Positions 1 to 10,113 of a stretch of DNA of 64,000 nt are shown here, one piece after another. Each line of letters begins with the position of its first letter. The first letter of the stretch is position 1. This DNA is from a virus. Taxonomy: Duplodnaviria; Caudoviricetes. The stretch spans positions 9,766 through 73,765 of IMG/VR virus record IMGVR_UViG_3300033076_001048. One strand, written 5' to 3'. A program made the position numbers and the translations under genes. Under the pieces are notes generated by a model. It did no database searches and was not told the DNA's origin. It worked only from the letters and a program-made list of their open reading frames with translations.

Positions 1-939
1 GGAAGTACTGGATTTAGTAATACTTCAGGTGGAAGTCCCGCAGGTTATTATGATTATACTTACACAAAAGATACGGTTCCAAGAATTACTGCAGGACAAA
101 ATATTTCAATTTCCTATACTGCGGTTACTAATGGTAACTATATGGAATATTTCAAACTATGGATTGATTTTAATGGTAATGGAGTTTTAACAGATGCCGG
201 TGAATTGGTCCATAGTTCAAATTATTCTTGGTTAGGAACAAAAACAATAACCGCCACATTTACCGTACCAACCTCAGTATATAATGGTGAAGTTTACATG
301 AGATTTGTAATGCAATATTCAGGTTCACCAGTAATATGTGGTACATATCCTTATGGTAATACATTCGATTTTAAAACAAGAATTGTGGGTGCTACTGACC
401 CATTTAGTTATACAGGTTATATCTATGATTCGGAAGGAAGTGGAATTCAAAATGTTCCTGTGGAATTATATAGTAAATTAAAAACTGACGTTACCTATAC
501 ATCATTAACCAGTGTTACAACTGATGCTAATGGTAAGTTTAGTTTAAGTTCAACAAGAGATGCTACTTTGTATGACTTCCAATTAAAAATTAACACTTTA
601 ACTATTTCATCACCAATTGTTAATGATGCTAAATCATTCAATACTAAAGTATTACAACAATCTTTTAATTCACGAGATTATTATAGGATGGATGTTAATA
701 ATGATGATAATTTATCAATAACTGATGTATATCTGATATATATGAAAATAATTGGCGTGAATTGGAAATCAGGTGTTTACAGTTATAGAATATTTACACC
801 CACTGAATGGAGTACAATTAGTACCTCAAACAGTAATCTAAAGTCAACATATTCAGGAAGTCAAACAGTAACCATAACTGGTTTAACAAATAAGGGCAGT
901 TCTAATTTTTACTTAGTTAGGACAGGATTCAGATATTAA
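1..939 (+). CDS. 5'-truncated surface/virion protein with GEVED, Cna-B-like and dockerin-like segments
   Basis: Frame open from base 1; WIDFNGNG..DAGE GEVED motif; MDVNNDDNLSITDVYLI dockerin-like motif. Confidence 0.7.
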   Translation, partial: GSTGFSNTSGGSPAGYYDYTYTKDTVPRITAGQNISISYTAVTNGNYMEYFKLWIDFNGNGVLTDAGELVHSSNYSWLGTKTITATFTVPTSVYNGEVYMRFVMQYSGSPVICGTYPYGNTFDFKTRIVGATDPFSYTGYIYDSEGSGIQNVPVELYSKLKTDVTYTSLTSVTTDANGKFSLSSTRDATLYDFQLKINTLTISSPIVNDAKSFNTKVLQQSFNSRDYYRMDVNNDDNLSITDVYLIYMKIIGVNWKSGVYSYRIFTPTEWSTISTSNSNLKSTYSGSQTVTITGLTNKGSSNFYLVRTGFRY

Positions 940-979
940 AATATTTTCCAATTCATTTGTTTTTAAGAAAGTTTGTTAT

Positions 980-987
980 TACCTTTG
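980..987 (+). promoter_or_regulatory. Bacteroidota sigma70-type -7 box TAnnTTTG (example of many copies)
   Basis: TACCTTTG 7 nt before ATG 995; same box at 27756, 31107, 32147, 33930 (+) and 61337 (-). Confidence 0.7.
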
Positions 988-994
988 TTCCAAT

Positions 995-1402
995 ATGGAA
1001 TATAAACACACCTTTAAAAGGTTTTTACAACGTATAGCAATTGATATAACACGTAAGTTAGATTATCGTTCTATGGATAAATCAACTCACGGTAAAGAGT
1101 GTTTTTCAATTTGTCAGAAACTAATCGGTAATCCCGAGTCGGAACTTATTGTATCACCGTTGACAGCAAAAAGATACATCAAAAATGATGAATCAAATAT
1201 CTTTGTAATTATACAAGGGCGAACGGTTCAAATCATTAACCATATTTATAGTTACTCAATACACCTTGATGAAAAGACATATGAAAGGGTAATGGCAACA
1301 TTTAACCATGAGCAAGAAAAAAGATGTCTTAAATTGGAATCAGAAGTAGAAGTAAACATTAAACACTCACTCAAAAATATAATTAATAATTTACAAAATT
1401 AA
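995..1402 (+). CDS. hypothetical protein
   Basis: 135-aa ORF after a TAnnTTTG box. Confidence 0.7.
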   Translation: MEYKHTFKRFLQRIAIDITRKLDYRSMDKSTHGKECFSICQKLIGNPESELIVSPLTAKRYIKNDESNIFVIIQGRTVQIINHIYSYSIHLDEKTYERVMATFNHEQEKRCLKLESEVEVNIKHSLKNIINNLQN

Positions 1403-1403
1403 T

Positions 1404-1679
1404 ATGAACAAGTCATTTAAAAATACGTACAGATTAGGAATGTTGGTCTTTATAATTACAACATTATTCGCCAGCATGATTTTTGGTGCATTATTTCGTT
1501 CTTGTAATTCGGAACCCGTTGTTAATGTTAACGTAATGGACAACAAAAAAGAATCTGTTCATGACACATTCTATATGGACAGAGAAGTCACAAAAGTAAT
1601 ACGTGATACAGTTAGAATACCCATTAGACCTGTTACAAAACCAACAGTACTACCGAAGACTGATACGGTATCTAAATAA
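1404..1679 (+). CDS. membrane-anchored hypothetical protein
   Basis: N-terminal hydrophobic helix. Confidence 0.6.
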   Translation: MNKSFKNTYRLGMLVFIITTLFASMIFGALFRSCNSEPVVNVNVMDNKKESVHDTFYMDREVTKVIRDTVRIPIRPVTKPTVLPKTDTVSK

Positions 1680-1684
1680 TTTTT

Positions 1685-1761
1685 GGACCCTTAGCTCAGT
1701 TGGTTAGAGCGGCTGACTCATAATCAGTAGGTCGCAGGTTCAAGCCCTGCAGGGTCCACCA
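1685..1761 (+). tRNA. tRNA with CAT anticodon (Ile2-like or elongator Met), CCA encoded
   Basis: GGACCCT/AGGGTCC acceptor stem, CTGA-CT-CAT-AA-TCAG anticodon arm, GGTTCAAG T-loop, terminal CCA; lacks initiator features. Confidence 0.92.
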
Positions 1762-2114
1762 TGAATATAAATTTAAAAAACTTTTTATTTTGTTTTGGAA
1801 TATTTGCACTTAGTCAAATTTTAGTTTGGTTTCAATTAAACGGTCAATTTTTTAATGAGTGGTTTAAAAAGAATACCTTCTTATTATCCCTTATTGGTAT
1901 TCCAATCAGTTATCTTTATATCTACGGTACAAATTATGGTGTAAAAGCATTTGATGGGTTACTTTGGCCACAAAGATTTTTAGGATTTTCAATTGGTATA
2001 ATTATATTCGCAATTTTGAGTTATACAATCATGAATGAAACAATTAATTTTAAAACAATGTTGTCTTTATTTCTTTCTTTTCTTATAATCTTAGTACAAA
2101 TATTTATTAAATAA
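1761..2114 (+). CDS. small multi-TM protein, DMT/EamA-like
   Basis: About four hydrophobic segments in 117 aa. Confidence 0.5.
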   Translation: MNINLKNFLFCFGIFALSQILVWFQLNGQFFNEWFKKNTFLLSLIGIPISYLYIYGTNYGVKAFDGLLWPQRFLGFSIGIIIFAILSYTIMNETINFKTMLSLFLSFLIILVQIFIK

Positions 2115-2118
2115 GGAC

Positions 2119-2295
2119 ATGTATTGTATTATTAAGTTAATGAAAAATAGTAACGGTATTGAATTACCTGTTGTGTTATTAGATAACCAAGATGAAGTTT
2201 GGGAATTCCAAAATGCTGATGAAGCAATTAAAATTGCGGAAATTTTAACAAAAAATTCTGATTCGGGTTATAGATATTACGTAAAAAAGGTTTAA
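2119..2295 (+). CDS. small hypothetical protein (58 aa, not in ORF track)
   Basis: ATG 2119 to TAA 2295, MYCIIKLMKNSNGIELPVV... Confidence 0.5.
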   Translation: MYCIIKLMKNSNGIELPVVLLDNQDEVWEFQNADEAIKIAEILTKNSDSGYRYYVKKV

Positions 2296-2313
2296 CTTTG
2301 TAATTATAAACAT

Positions 2314-2385
2314 GGCCTTATAGGTAAACGGATATACCAACTCTCTTCTAAAGAGTAATTCGTGGTTCGATTCCACGTGGGGCTA
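2314..2385 (+). tRNA. tRNA-Arg(TCT), CCA not encoded
   Basis: ACTCT-CT-TCT-AA-AGAGT anticodon arm; GTGGTTCGATTCCAC T arm. Confidence 0.88.
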
Positions 2386-2745
2386 CAAAAAATGAATTTT
2401 TCTATGACAATTTGAACATAGTAAATCACATTTATCAAGTTCTTTTTTTATTTTTTCAAGTGATTGAAGTTTTAATTTACTCCAGTCGTAATCTTTTAAT
2501 TCAGGATTTCTATGATGAAAATCAAAAATTACATAAGGTTCTTCAGGATATTTTAAACCACAATTAATACACTCAGACCCTTTATAGATTATTGCTGAAA
2601 TTTTTTTATCAATCCATCTGTCTGAACAGTATTTATTGAAACAACTTTTACATCTATCATATGGTTTATTACCACGTGATGACCTACTGTAAAAATCAAA
2701 TAGTGGTTTAATTTCATTACATTGACTACAAATTTTATTTTCCAT
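2383..2745 (-). CDS. HNH endonuclease (homing-type)
   Basis: CxxC pairs, FDFHHRNP and LLCSNCHRKIH motifs. Confidence 0.8.
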   Translation of the reverse strand: MENKICSQCNEIKPLFDFYSRSSRGNKPYDRCKSCFNKYCSDRWIDKKISAIIYKGSECINCGLKYPEEPYVIFDFHHRNPELKDYDWSKLKLQSLEKIKKELDKCDLLCSNCHRKIHFL

Positions 2746-2794
2746 ATATTATAAATATATGGATAGATTATAAAATTCTAATCACTTAATACTT

Positions 2795-2882
2795 GGAAGT
2801 TTGGCAGAGTTGGTCGATTGCGTCAGTCTTGAAAACTGAAGATGTCGTGAGGCATCCGGGGGTTCGAATCCCTCAGCTTCCG
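2795..2882 (+). tRNA. tRNA-Ser(TGA), CCA not encoded
   Basis: GGAAG/CTTCC acceptor, TCAGT-CT-TGA-AA-ACTGA arm, long variable arm, GGTTCGAATCC. Confidence 0.92.
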
Positions 2883-2884
2883 CA

Positions 2885-2919
2885 AAATCTTGGGACACCG
2901 ACCCAAGATTTTTTTTTTT
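2885..2919 (+). terminator. hairpin plus T-tract between the Ser tRNAs
   Basis: AATCTTGGG/CCCAAGATT followed by poly-T. Confidence 0.6.
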
Positions 2920-3007
2920 GGAAGATTACCCAAGTCGGTGAAGGGGGCAGTTTGCTAAACTGTTAGGCTGAGAAATCGGCGCGGGGGTTCGAGTCCCTCA
3001 TCTTCCG
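2920..3007 (+). tRNA. tRNA-Ser(GCT), CCA not encoded
   Basis: GGAAGAT/ATCTTCC acceptor, CAGT-TT-GCT-AA-ACTG arm, long variable arm. Confidence 0.92.
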
Positions 3008-3064
3008 CAAAAAAAAAGAACCGAGTTGTTTGACTCGGTTTTTTTTATTTCATATATTTTAACC

Positions 3065-4033
3065 ATGACAAAATTAAGAGAATTTAGAGAAACAGTACCA
3101 TCTTGGATGAAAATGTCTTTTTTTGATGTTTTACAAACAATTGACCCATCAAAAACTAATAAATTTTTACCAATGTTATCAAATATGGTAATTAATCATT
3201 TTGAAAAAAAGGATGTTCGTCATAATAATGAACTAAGACATGAATTGGAAATAAGGTTACCAATTATTAAAAATCAGATTCAAAATTTTGACACGGCTAC
3301 ATTATGGATGGTTTATCACCTATCACAAATATTGTCATTAGGTGATTTGGAAACAATATTTGAATTTATTCAAATGTACGAAAACCATCAAATACCAAAT
3401 GTAGATATTAATAAATTAAAAAGTTTTAATGAGTTAGAAACAATTATTACTTTAGTAGGTATTAAGAATCTTGGTAAAGAATACGCAAAACAAATACATG
3501 TTGACTTGGAAAATGAAAAATGGTTGATTGTTAGGCCATTAACTCATGAAGCGTCTTTAAAATACGGTGCAAACACCAGATGGTGTACAGCATCTAAGAG
3601 TAATCCATATCAATATTTTAGATATACTGAAAATGGCGTTTTGGTGTATTGTATAAATAAAGAAAATGGATACAAACTTGCGTTTCATATGTATAAAGAA
3701 AATGATGGATTTTATGAAATTTCATTTTGGAACAGTGCTGATGATAGGATTGATTCTTTAACCGCTGAAATTGATTATGATGTTTTTAATTTAATTAGGA
3801 ATATGTATTCAAATAATAATACAAAAACTAATAAAGAATTGGGTGGTGAATATTGGACTAAGTCTTATGAGGCTTATCTTGATAGCGATAAGAAATCAAT
3901 TGAGGATGGACCTGTCGCAGAAGCGCCTCTAACAAGAGCTATACGACTAATTCAAAATAACGATGTGGTTCAAGAACCTGAAATGGAACAGGAAGCTATG
4001 GTTGAGTATGATGGACCAACCGCAAGTTATTAA
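3065..4033 (+). CDS. conserved large-phage hypothetical protein
   Basis: Long ORF with HEASLKYGANTRWCTAS motif; likely start ATG 3065. Confidence 0.7.
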   Translation: MTKLREFRETVPSWMKMSFFDVLQTIDPSKTNKFLPMLSNMVINHFEKKDVRHNNELRHELEIRLPIIKNQIQNFDTATLWMVYHLSQILSLGDLETIFEFIQMYENHQIPNVDINKLKSFNELETIITLVGIKNLGKEYAKQIHVDLENEKWLIVRPLTHEASLKYGANTRWCTASKSNPYQYFRYTENGVLVYCINKENGYKLAFHMYKENDGFYEISFWNSADDRIDSLTAEIDYDVFNLIRNMYSNNNTKTNKELGGEYWTKSYEAYLDSDKKSIEDGPVAEAPLTRAIRLIQNNDVVQEPEMEQEAMVEYDGPTASY

Positions 4034-4099
4034 AAAATTTATTAAAATACTAATTTAGTTTGCAATTTGTAATATTTATAAATTAGTATACTTTAAAAA

Positions 4100-4720
4100 A
4101 TGGATTGGTCAAAAATAATTGAGGTTCTTTTAACGTCATCATCTTCGATAATAATCGCCCTGATAACGGCTGGGTTCTTTAGAAGAAGAATTGAAAAAGG
4201 AAAAGAACAGTTCTCTAAAAAACAATTAATGAAACAAATTCAACACGATGAAATTGTTCATTACGCTTTACGAGAATTAAGAAGGAAGTATAATGCTGAT
4301 AGAGTATATGTTTGGCAATTCCACAATGGTGGAAATTTTTATACGTCATCTCCAATGCAAAGAACCTCAATTACATATGAAAGATGTTCTGAAGGATTAG
4401 AAAGAAAAGCCGAAAAATATCAAGGAGTTTTAATTAGTAACTTTACGGGATACATTAGAGATACAATGGATAATAAAATGTTTTATCATGATGTAGAAAA
4501 ACTCCCTGATTTTGCAATTCGTTCATTGATTTTGAGTAATGGTACATTTGCTCACGCCGCAGTTCCAATTTTTGATAAGGAAAACCACTTAACAGGTATT
4601 ATGGCTCTTGATTGGGTTTTTAGTGAAATACCTGATGAATATTTAACTGATGGAGAATTTAGCGAAGAATTTAAAAAACAATATATCTTAGAAAGTGGTT
4701 CGCTAACACAATATCTATGA
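4100..4720 (+). CDS. single-TM protein with GAF-like domain, possible T4-type holin
   Basis: N-terminal TM helix, then LRELRRKYNADRVYVWQFHNG and AVPIF..GIMALDW. Confidence 0.5.
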   Translation: MDWSKIIEVLLTSSSSIIIALITAGFFRRRIEKGKEQFSKKQLMKQIQHDEIVHYALRELRRKYNADRVYVWQFHNGGNFYTSSPMQRTSITYERCSEGLERKAEKYQGVLISNFTGYIRDTMDNKMFYHDVEKLPDFAIRSLILSNGTFAHAAVPIFDKENHLTGIMALDWVFSEIPDEYLTDGEFSEEFKKQYILESGSLTQYL

Positions 4721-5166
4721 GAAAAATACGTCAAATATTAAAAGAAGAAGTTTCGGACCCATTTACATCAGTCCCAAATGATATTTTATTTGATTTTTTA
4801 CAAGAATTTGAGGGTGAGTATGATAGAGCCAAAGCAATTCAATTTTGTAAGTATTTGAATATATCCGCTTATGAAGAAAATTTATCATTTTTTGATGAGT
4901 TGATTAATTTGAATCCCCATGTAAAATCACCCGATGATATTATTAAACCAAAAAGAAAAGAATTTGAAGTTATATTTGAAGTCAAAGAAAAACTATGGGT
5001 TAAATATGAAACTAAAAATTACACTTATGGTTATAATGAAAATTCTGTTCGTGAACAAGTATATAATGGTGAGATAAGTGCGTATGATGGTGATGAAATA
5101 CCAAATAGTCGTGAAGTCTATGATTCTGATTTTATAGATGAAAATGTTTTTATTAGTGAAATTTGA
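4717..5166 (+). CDS. acidic hypothetical protein with leader motif
   Basis: MRKIRQILKEE start. Confidence 0.7.
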   Translation: MRKIRQILKEEVSDPFTSVPNDILFDFLQEFEGEYDRAKAIQFCKYLNISAYEENLSFFDELINLNPHVKSPDDIIKPKRKEFEVIFEVKEKLWVKYETKNYTYGYNENSVREQVYNGEISAYDGDEIPNSREVYDSDFIDENVFISEI

Positions 5167-5203
5167 TTATATAATTCTTAATAATTATTCTTATTAACTT
5201 CAT

Positions 5204-5752
5204 ATGAAATACAACGTAGTAATTTCGGGTATTAGTCAAAAAATTTCATTGGGTTCAATCACCAATGACGAAAGAAAAAAAATTACCGAGTTTTCCAAAG
5301 AAACTGGAATCTCATTATCAGAAACAATCTTTAATGAACTAATTGATGTTTTAAATTGTGAATGGCAAGACATTTGCGACATTGATATTGTTGATGGTGC
5401 AATTCCTGAAGAATCAAAAATCACAATTTATGATGAATTTGATAAAATAGTTTTTGACCGAAAACTTTCAGAATTAAAAACAATAATTGATTTTGAGGAA
5501 CACGAAGAAAATGCAATTCCCGATAACATGCATCTTTTAGCAGTAAATAAAGAAAAAGGTTCACTATTAGATGAAATTCTTTATTTGGATGAAAAGTTTG
5601 ATTCATCCAAATTAGAGTTAGTTTGTGATACATTCACACTAACTGATGGTACTGTTTATAGTTGTATTCAGGGATTTAACTATGGAGATGATTTTTATGG
5701 GCTGAATCCATTAGACGTTAGTTATTACCAATTTCAATCAAAATTTATTTAA
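5204..5752 (+). CDS. hypothetical protein
   Basis: 182-aa ORF. Confidence 0.65.
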   Translation: MKYNVVISGISQKISLGSITNDERKKITEFSKETGISLSETIFNELIDVLNCEWQDICDIDIVDGAIPEESKITIYDEFDKIVFDRKLSELKTIIDFEEHEENAIPDNMHLLAVNKEKGSLLDEILYLDEKFDSSKLELVCDTFTLTDGTVYSCIQGFNYGDDFYGLNPLDVSYYQFQSKFI

Positions 5753-5810
5753 TTGTCTTATTGACAATTACCATATATTTATGTATAATCTTATAGAAAA
5801 TCAAAAAAAA

Positions 5811-6008
5811 ATGAAAAAAGTATTATTTATCCTCGCTATCGTTGCTTTAGCATCTTGTTCATCAAATGAAACATCTACCTCTGGTTCTGACTCATTAAAT
5901 TGTAAAGACTCTGCTTGTTGTGATTCAACATGTGTTGATTCATTATCTAAGAGTGTAGAAGCTCATTCAGATTCTTTGGAAGCAGAAGTAAAAGAATTAA
6001 AAAAGTAA
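5811..6008 (+). CDS. small Cys-rich lipoprotein
   Basis: MKKVLFILAIVALASC lipobox. Confidence 0.65.
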   Translation: MKKVLFILAIVALASCSSNETSTSGSDSLNCKDSACCDSTCVDSLSKSVEAHSDSLEAEVKELKK

Positions 6009-6077
6009 TTTTTTAATTACTTTATAAAAAACCCCCTTCACAAGAGGGGTTTTTTTATGCTCTCAGTATTTATCCAC

Positions 6078-6284
6078 ATGAGAGATGCTAATTTCGTTAA
6101 AGGTACCGTTATCAACTATATGGGTGAAGAATGGACGGTAGGTGATTTTTATTTTATACCGGGTAATCCAAGAATATATGTTGGACTAAAAAAAGGTAGT
6201 GTTCAAATGAATGTTGACTTGGAAACGATAAAATTAATTATCATTAATTCAAACTATAGTTTAGACCTACAAGAAAGTTTTTAA
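6078..6284 (+). CDS. small hypothetical protein
   Basis: ATG after TATTTAT motif. Confidence 0.55.
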   Translation: MRDANFVKGTVINYMGEEWTVGDFYFIPGNPRIYVGLKKGSVQMNVDLETIKLIIINSNYSLDLQESF

Positions 6285-6963
6285 TATCATTTGTGGCACC
6301 TTTAGCGAAGAATGATTCGTATGCTGTGTTGTATTGTAATTTAATACCTAATAACTTATTTAAATCGAATTTAATCCACGATTTTGTCGTAAGTATATAA
6401 TCTGATGTATTAGTTACTTTTGGTTGATACAAACACTCCGTAAAGTATTTTAACTTATAATTTTTTATCTCACCAAAGAACTGAACTCTTGGTGAATGAC
6501 GTACACCTGAATTTATAATTGTCGGGTCAACATAAGCATTGTCATAATATAAAACACCATAAGATAATGTATTCTCCAAATACTTTGTTCTGAATGTTGT
6601 AATACCTCCACCAACACCAGTTTCAACACGTTGGTTAATCTTTTTTGATGTTAACTGTGATATCTGACCAAAAGTAAAAACTGAATAGTTTTTGTCTACA
6701 ATTCTTGGTTGAACCCTTAACGTAAAATCATTGATTAGGATGTTTCCGTTGGTTGTCATCAACTGATAATTGGTTGACATACCTGTCTCAAACTTTTTCC
6801 AATTAACACTGTTAAACGTTGATAAAACAATATTATTTTGTTGGTTGTTATTTGCATTATTTATTGAACCTGTTAAGTCTACATTGTATTTGTACGTAAT
6901 TGAATCTTGTCCCAAAACAAAATTGGACAATATAAGTAGGGGGATTAAAATGTATTTTTTCAT
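6244..6963 (-). CDS. outer-membrane beta-barrel, DUF481-like
   Basis: Signal peptide, alternating strands, C-terminal FLVGLNYSL. Confidence 0.65.
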   Translation of the reverse strand: MKKYILIPLLILSNFVLGQDSITYKYNVDLTGSINNANNNQQNNIVLSTFNSVNWKKFETGMSTNYQLMTTNGNILINDFTLRVQPRIVDKNYSVFTFGQISQLTSKKINQRVETGVGGGITTFRTKYLENTLSYGVLYYDNAYVDPTIINSGVRHSPRVQFFGEIKNYKLKYFTECLYQPKVTNTSDYILTTKSWIKFDLNKLLGIKLQYNTAYESFFAKGATNDIKNFLVGLNYSLN

Positions 6964-7004
6964 ATAATAAAAAAGGGGGTTCAAGACCCCCTTAGTAAGG
7001 TTTA

Positions 7005-7832
7005 TTATGCTAATAAGTGATAATACTCTTTAAAGTGTTTAATTCTATCAGGAAGTCCGATAGTACCACCGTTTACTCTTTTTGTAACTGCGGTTACCGT
7101 AGCATCGTCAGCTCCTTTATCCGCAATTGCGTTCAATCCGTTCTTACTGAAGAACCAACCTGCAGATGCTAATGCGTATTTGGTAGCAACCAAATCAGGA
7201 TTTGCAACTGTATCTTCACCAATTGATTTTGCAAAAGATGCGTAGTTGTCTTTACCTGTCAATTGGATATATCCTCTACCTCTGAATTTGTAACCTTCTT
7301 TTGTTTCCTCACCACCGTTACCCATTCTTCCACCATAAACTTTTGATGCAATTTTTTCAGGGTTTCTTGCGTATGATTCAGCGATGTTACCAGGGAAATA
7401 TTTAGGGAAAATCTTTTTAAGACCATCCGCAGAGTAATTCAAGTTTTCTTGAGTTGCTTTGAATCCTCCTGATTCGTGACCACATTGTGCCAAGAAATGT
7501 GCCAATCTTAAAGGTGTGTTAATTTGGAATTTTTCCATTACAGTTGGAATCTGTGCAATTACTGCTTCAGGAATATGTCCTTTTAATTTCTCCAAATTAA
7601 TTGGACCACCTTTAGGGATAATAACAACATCTTCTTTAATAACTGATGCTGATAATCCTAATTTTTCCATTGATGCTGGACCGATAATACCGTCAGCGGT
7701 TAAACCATTTTTTGTTTGCCATTCCTTAACAATTTTTTCAGTGCCAGGACCGAAATCACCGTCAGCGGCAATTCCCAATTTTGCTTGAAGAGCTTTTACC
7801 TCTTCTCCTTTTGAACCTAATTTTAAAATCAT
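7005..7832 (-). CDS. endolysin: peptidoglycan-binding domain plus GH19
   Basis: LGSKGEEVKALQ..ADGDFGPGT; RLAHFLAQCGHESGG; FRGRGYIQLTGKDNY; VNGGTIGLPDR. Confidence 0.92.
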   Translation of the reverse strand: MILKLGSKGEEVKALQAKLGIAADGDFGPGTEKIVKEWQTKNGLTADGIIGPASMEKLGLSASVIKEDVVIIPKGGPINLEKLKGHIPEAVIAQIPTVMEKFQINTPLRLAHFLAQCGHESGGFKATQENLNYSADGLKKIFPKYFPGNIAESYARNPEKIASKVYGGRMGNGGEETKEGYKFRGRGYIQLTGKDNYASFAKSIGEDTVANPDLVATKYALASAGWFFSKNGLNAIADKGADDATVTAVTKRVNGGTIGLPDRIKHFKEYYHLLA

Positions 7833-7908
7833 ATTTTTCTTTGTTTATTAACTATAAATATTTATAACATTCTAAACATTAAAAAATTAACCTAATATTT
7901 ATATTATT

Positions 7909-9465
7909 ATGATTAGTAAAAAGCTAATAATCTCAGAAGAAGAAAGAAAAGAAATTAAAACATTGTATGGTTTAATTAGAGAACAGGAAGCAACACAAAA
8001 AAATCCTGAAATTACATTAGATTTAGCAGGTACATTTGGTTCAGGAAAATATAAATTACCTGAAAAAGCCGACAAGATAGATGATTTAATAACTAAAATT
8101 AGAGAATTTAAAAAACAGAATGCCGGTAGTGTGATTGAAATTTCAATTAATTCAGGAGAGTCTCAGGTACCAAATTATGATAGAGAAAAATATCCTGTTA
8201 CCGGAAATGACAAAGTTGATTATACTAAAGAAAAAAGATTACCTGTAGGTGCCATTGCTAAGTACAGGGCAAATGCTTTAAAGGCGTATATTGAAAAGGT
8301 TGCACCTGATTTACTTAAAGATACAAAATTAGTAATAAATGAACCTGTTATTGGTCCAACAAAATGGAATCCTGATGGTGGGGACAAATCAGGGGATGAA
8401 AAGTTTACTAAAGAACAATTTGCCAATTTTAAAATTAAAGCCATTGGTAAAAAAAATGAAGACAGTACACTTCCTGGTGGTGGTTCATCTGGTTGTGCAA
8501 CTGGTTTAAGAATTAAAGTTTGGGTTCCAAAACATAATTGTAACAACGCTGAATTTTTTATTGTTCTAAATAATACAGTACTATACAACATTGATGGTGG
8601 TTATACCGCTAATCTTAATAATTCTGACACAACTAAAACTATTGCTGGTACAGAATTAGTACCTCAGTTATTAAATCCGGCGTATGGTTATATAAGTAAA
8701 AAATATGGTGTACAAAAAAAGGGTGATATAGGTGGTTCAAGATTAGAAGAATTTGTTGTCACACCTGAACAATCAAAAACAATTGTTGAATCGGGTAAAG
8801 GTTACATTTACATTTGGATGATTGGTACAACTAAAGAAATTCACAAGGACATTCCAAGAGTATTTATTACAAAAAATAATCAAGAGGTCTATAATGGTTC
8901 CCCTAAAATTGCATCAGGATTATTATTGGTACTAGATGCATGCGGTAATAAAGTGACACAAATTCCTGAAGGAACAACAAGTCAAGAACCAAATGTTGAT
9001 TCATATATCAATAAATTAGTTTCAGATAGAAGTAAAATTAACGTTAAAGAGAAACTTCCTAAAAAAACTGATGATAAAGAAGTTTTATTGGCAAGTTCAG
9101 GTAAATTAGTAAATTTAATAAGTACATTAGAAACTTACCTAAAAGATAAAATTTTAGCAAGTGGTATTAGAGCAACAGATAATGGATTGTTATTGGCATT
9201 AAAAAAGAATAAAGCAAATATTATAAATCAAACATATAGTGATGTTTATCAAATATTACAATCAAACAATTGGATGAGAAAAAATCCACTTGAAAACAAA
9301 TATTCTAACAAGTTTGTTGAGAGTGATATGGGGGGTGACATTAAATTAGATTTGGATAATTTTTACGATAAATTTAATAAAATTTATTATTCTAACTCCA
9401 ATGAAAAATATTTTCCTGACGGTGTAGGTTATGATTCCTTAAGAAAGAATTTAAAAACAACCTAA
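7909..9465 (+). CDS. leader-motif protein with divergent OmpA-like domain
   Basis: FGSGKY..ISINSGES..KYRANALKAY pattern. Confidence 0.5.
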   Translation: MISKKLIISEEERKEIKTLYGLIREQEATQKNPEITLDLAGTFGSGKYKLPEKADKIDDLITKIREFKKQNAGSVIEISINSGESQVPNYDREKYPVTGNDKVDYTKEKRLPVGAIAKYRANALKAYIEKVAPDLLKDTKLVINEPVIGPTKWNPDGGDKSGDEKFTKEQFANFKIKAIGKKNEDSTLPGGGSSGCATGLRIKVWVPKHNCNNAEFFIVLNNTVLYNIDGGYTANLNNSDTTKTIAGTELVPQLLNPAYGYISKKYGVQKKGDIGGSRLEEFVVTPEQSKTIVESGKGYIYIWMIGTTKEIHKDIPRVFITKNNQEVYNGSPKIASGLLLVLDACGNKVTQIPEGTTSQEPNVDSYINKLVSDRSKINVKEKLPKKTDDKEVLLASSGKLVNLISTLETYLKDKILASGIRATDNGLLLALKKNKANIINQTYSDVYQILQSNNWMRKNPLENKYSNKFVESDMGGDIKLDLDNFYDKFNKIYYSNSNEKYFPDGVGYDSLRKNLKTT

Positions 9466-9524
9466 TTATTTTTTTGTGGTTTAGTATAATATTTGTATCT
9501 TTGTATTGTAAAGGAGATACAAAT

Positions 9525-10100
9525 ATGAAAAACATCATCATCACAATCGGAATCTTACTCTCAACTTTGAGTGTTAAATCTCAAACTGTAATTGGACCTG
9601 TGTTTAATGAGTCATTTGCGGATTCTTTAATCTTTGTTAAAATCAACCAAGTACGTGTTGATAGTGGATTAAGAAAAGTTTACCCATCAGGTAAATTAAG
9701 AAAATTCGTATCACAAAAAAACTCAGCAATCATGGTTAAAGAAAACAGATTGTTCCACCCTGGAAATGTTGAAACTCCTGAATTTGTTAAACAACTTAAT
9801 ATTTTAGCTAAAGAGTATTTAAAAATTAATAATAATTTTAGAGTAGTTTACGGTTCTGATAGTATTCCTGCGTATTCTATTGATGAAATTGCCGCAAAAA
9901 TTAATAGTCAACCAAAAACTTATGAAGAACTCGCTGAAAAATGTGTCAATGGTTGGTTAAACTCACCACCGCACAAAGGTCTTATGTTTAATAGTGGATA
10001 TGACGGAAGTCTACACAAATACCAAAATCTTTTGTGTGGCGTATCAATTAAAAAAAGTGGTAACGTTTATTACGCTTGTGTTAACTACATTGAATTCTAA
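9525..10100 (+). CDS. secreted CAP/SCP-like protein
   Basis: Signal peptide; INQVRVDSGL and WLNSPPHK motifs. Confidence 0.7.
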   Translation: MKNIIITIGILLSTLSVKSQTVIGPVFNESFADSLIFVKINQVRVDSGLRKVYPSGKLRKFVSQKNSAIMVKENRLFHPGNVETPEFVKQLNILAKEYLKINNNFRVVYGSDSIPAYSIDEIAAKINSQPKTYEELAEKCVNGWLNSPPHKGLMFNSGYDGSLHKYQNLLCGVSIKKSGNVYYACVNYIEF

Positions 10101-10113
10101 TCCCCCCTTATTT

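Noticed and set aside
6070-6078. Isolated DnaA box TTATCCACA
   Set aside because: Single copy formed by overlap of the TATTTAT motif and a start codon.
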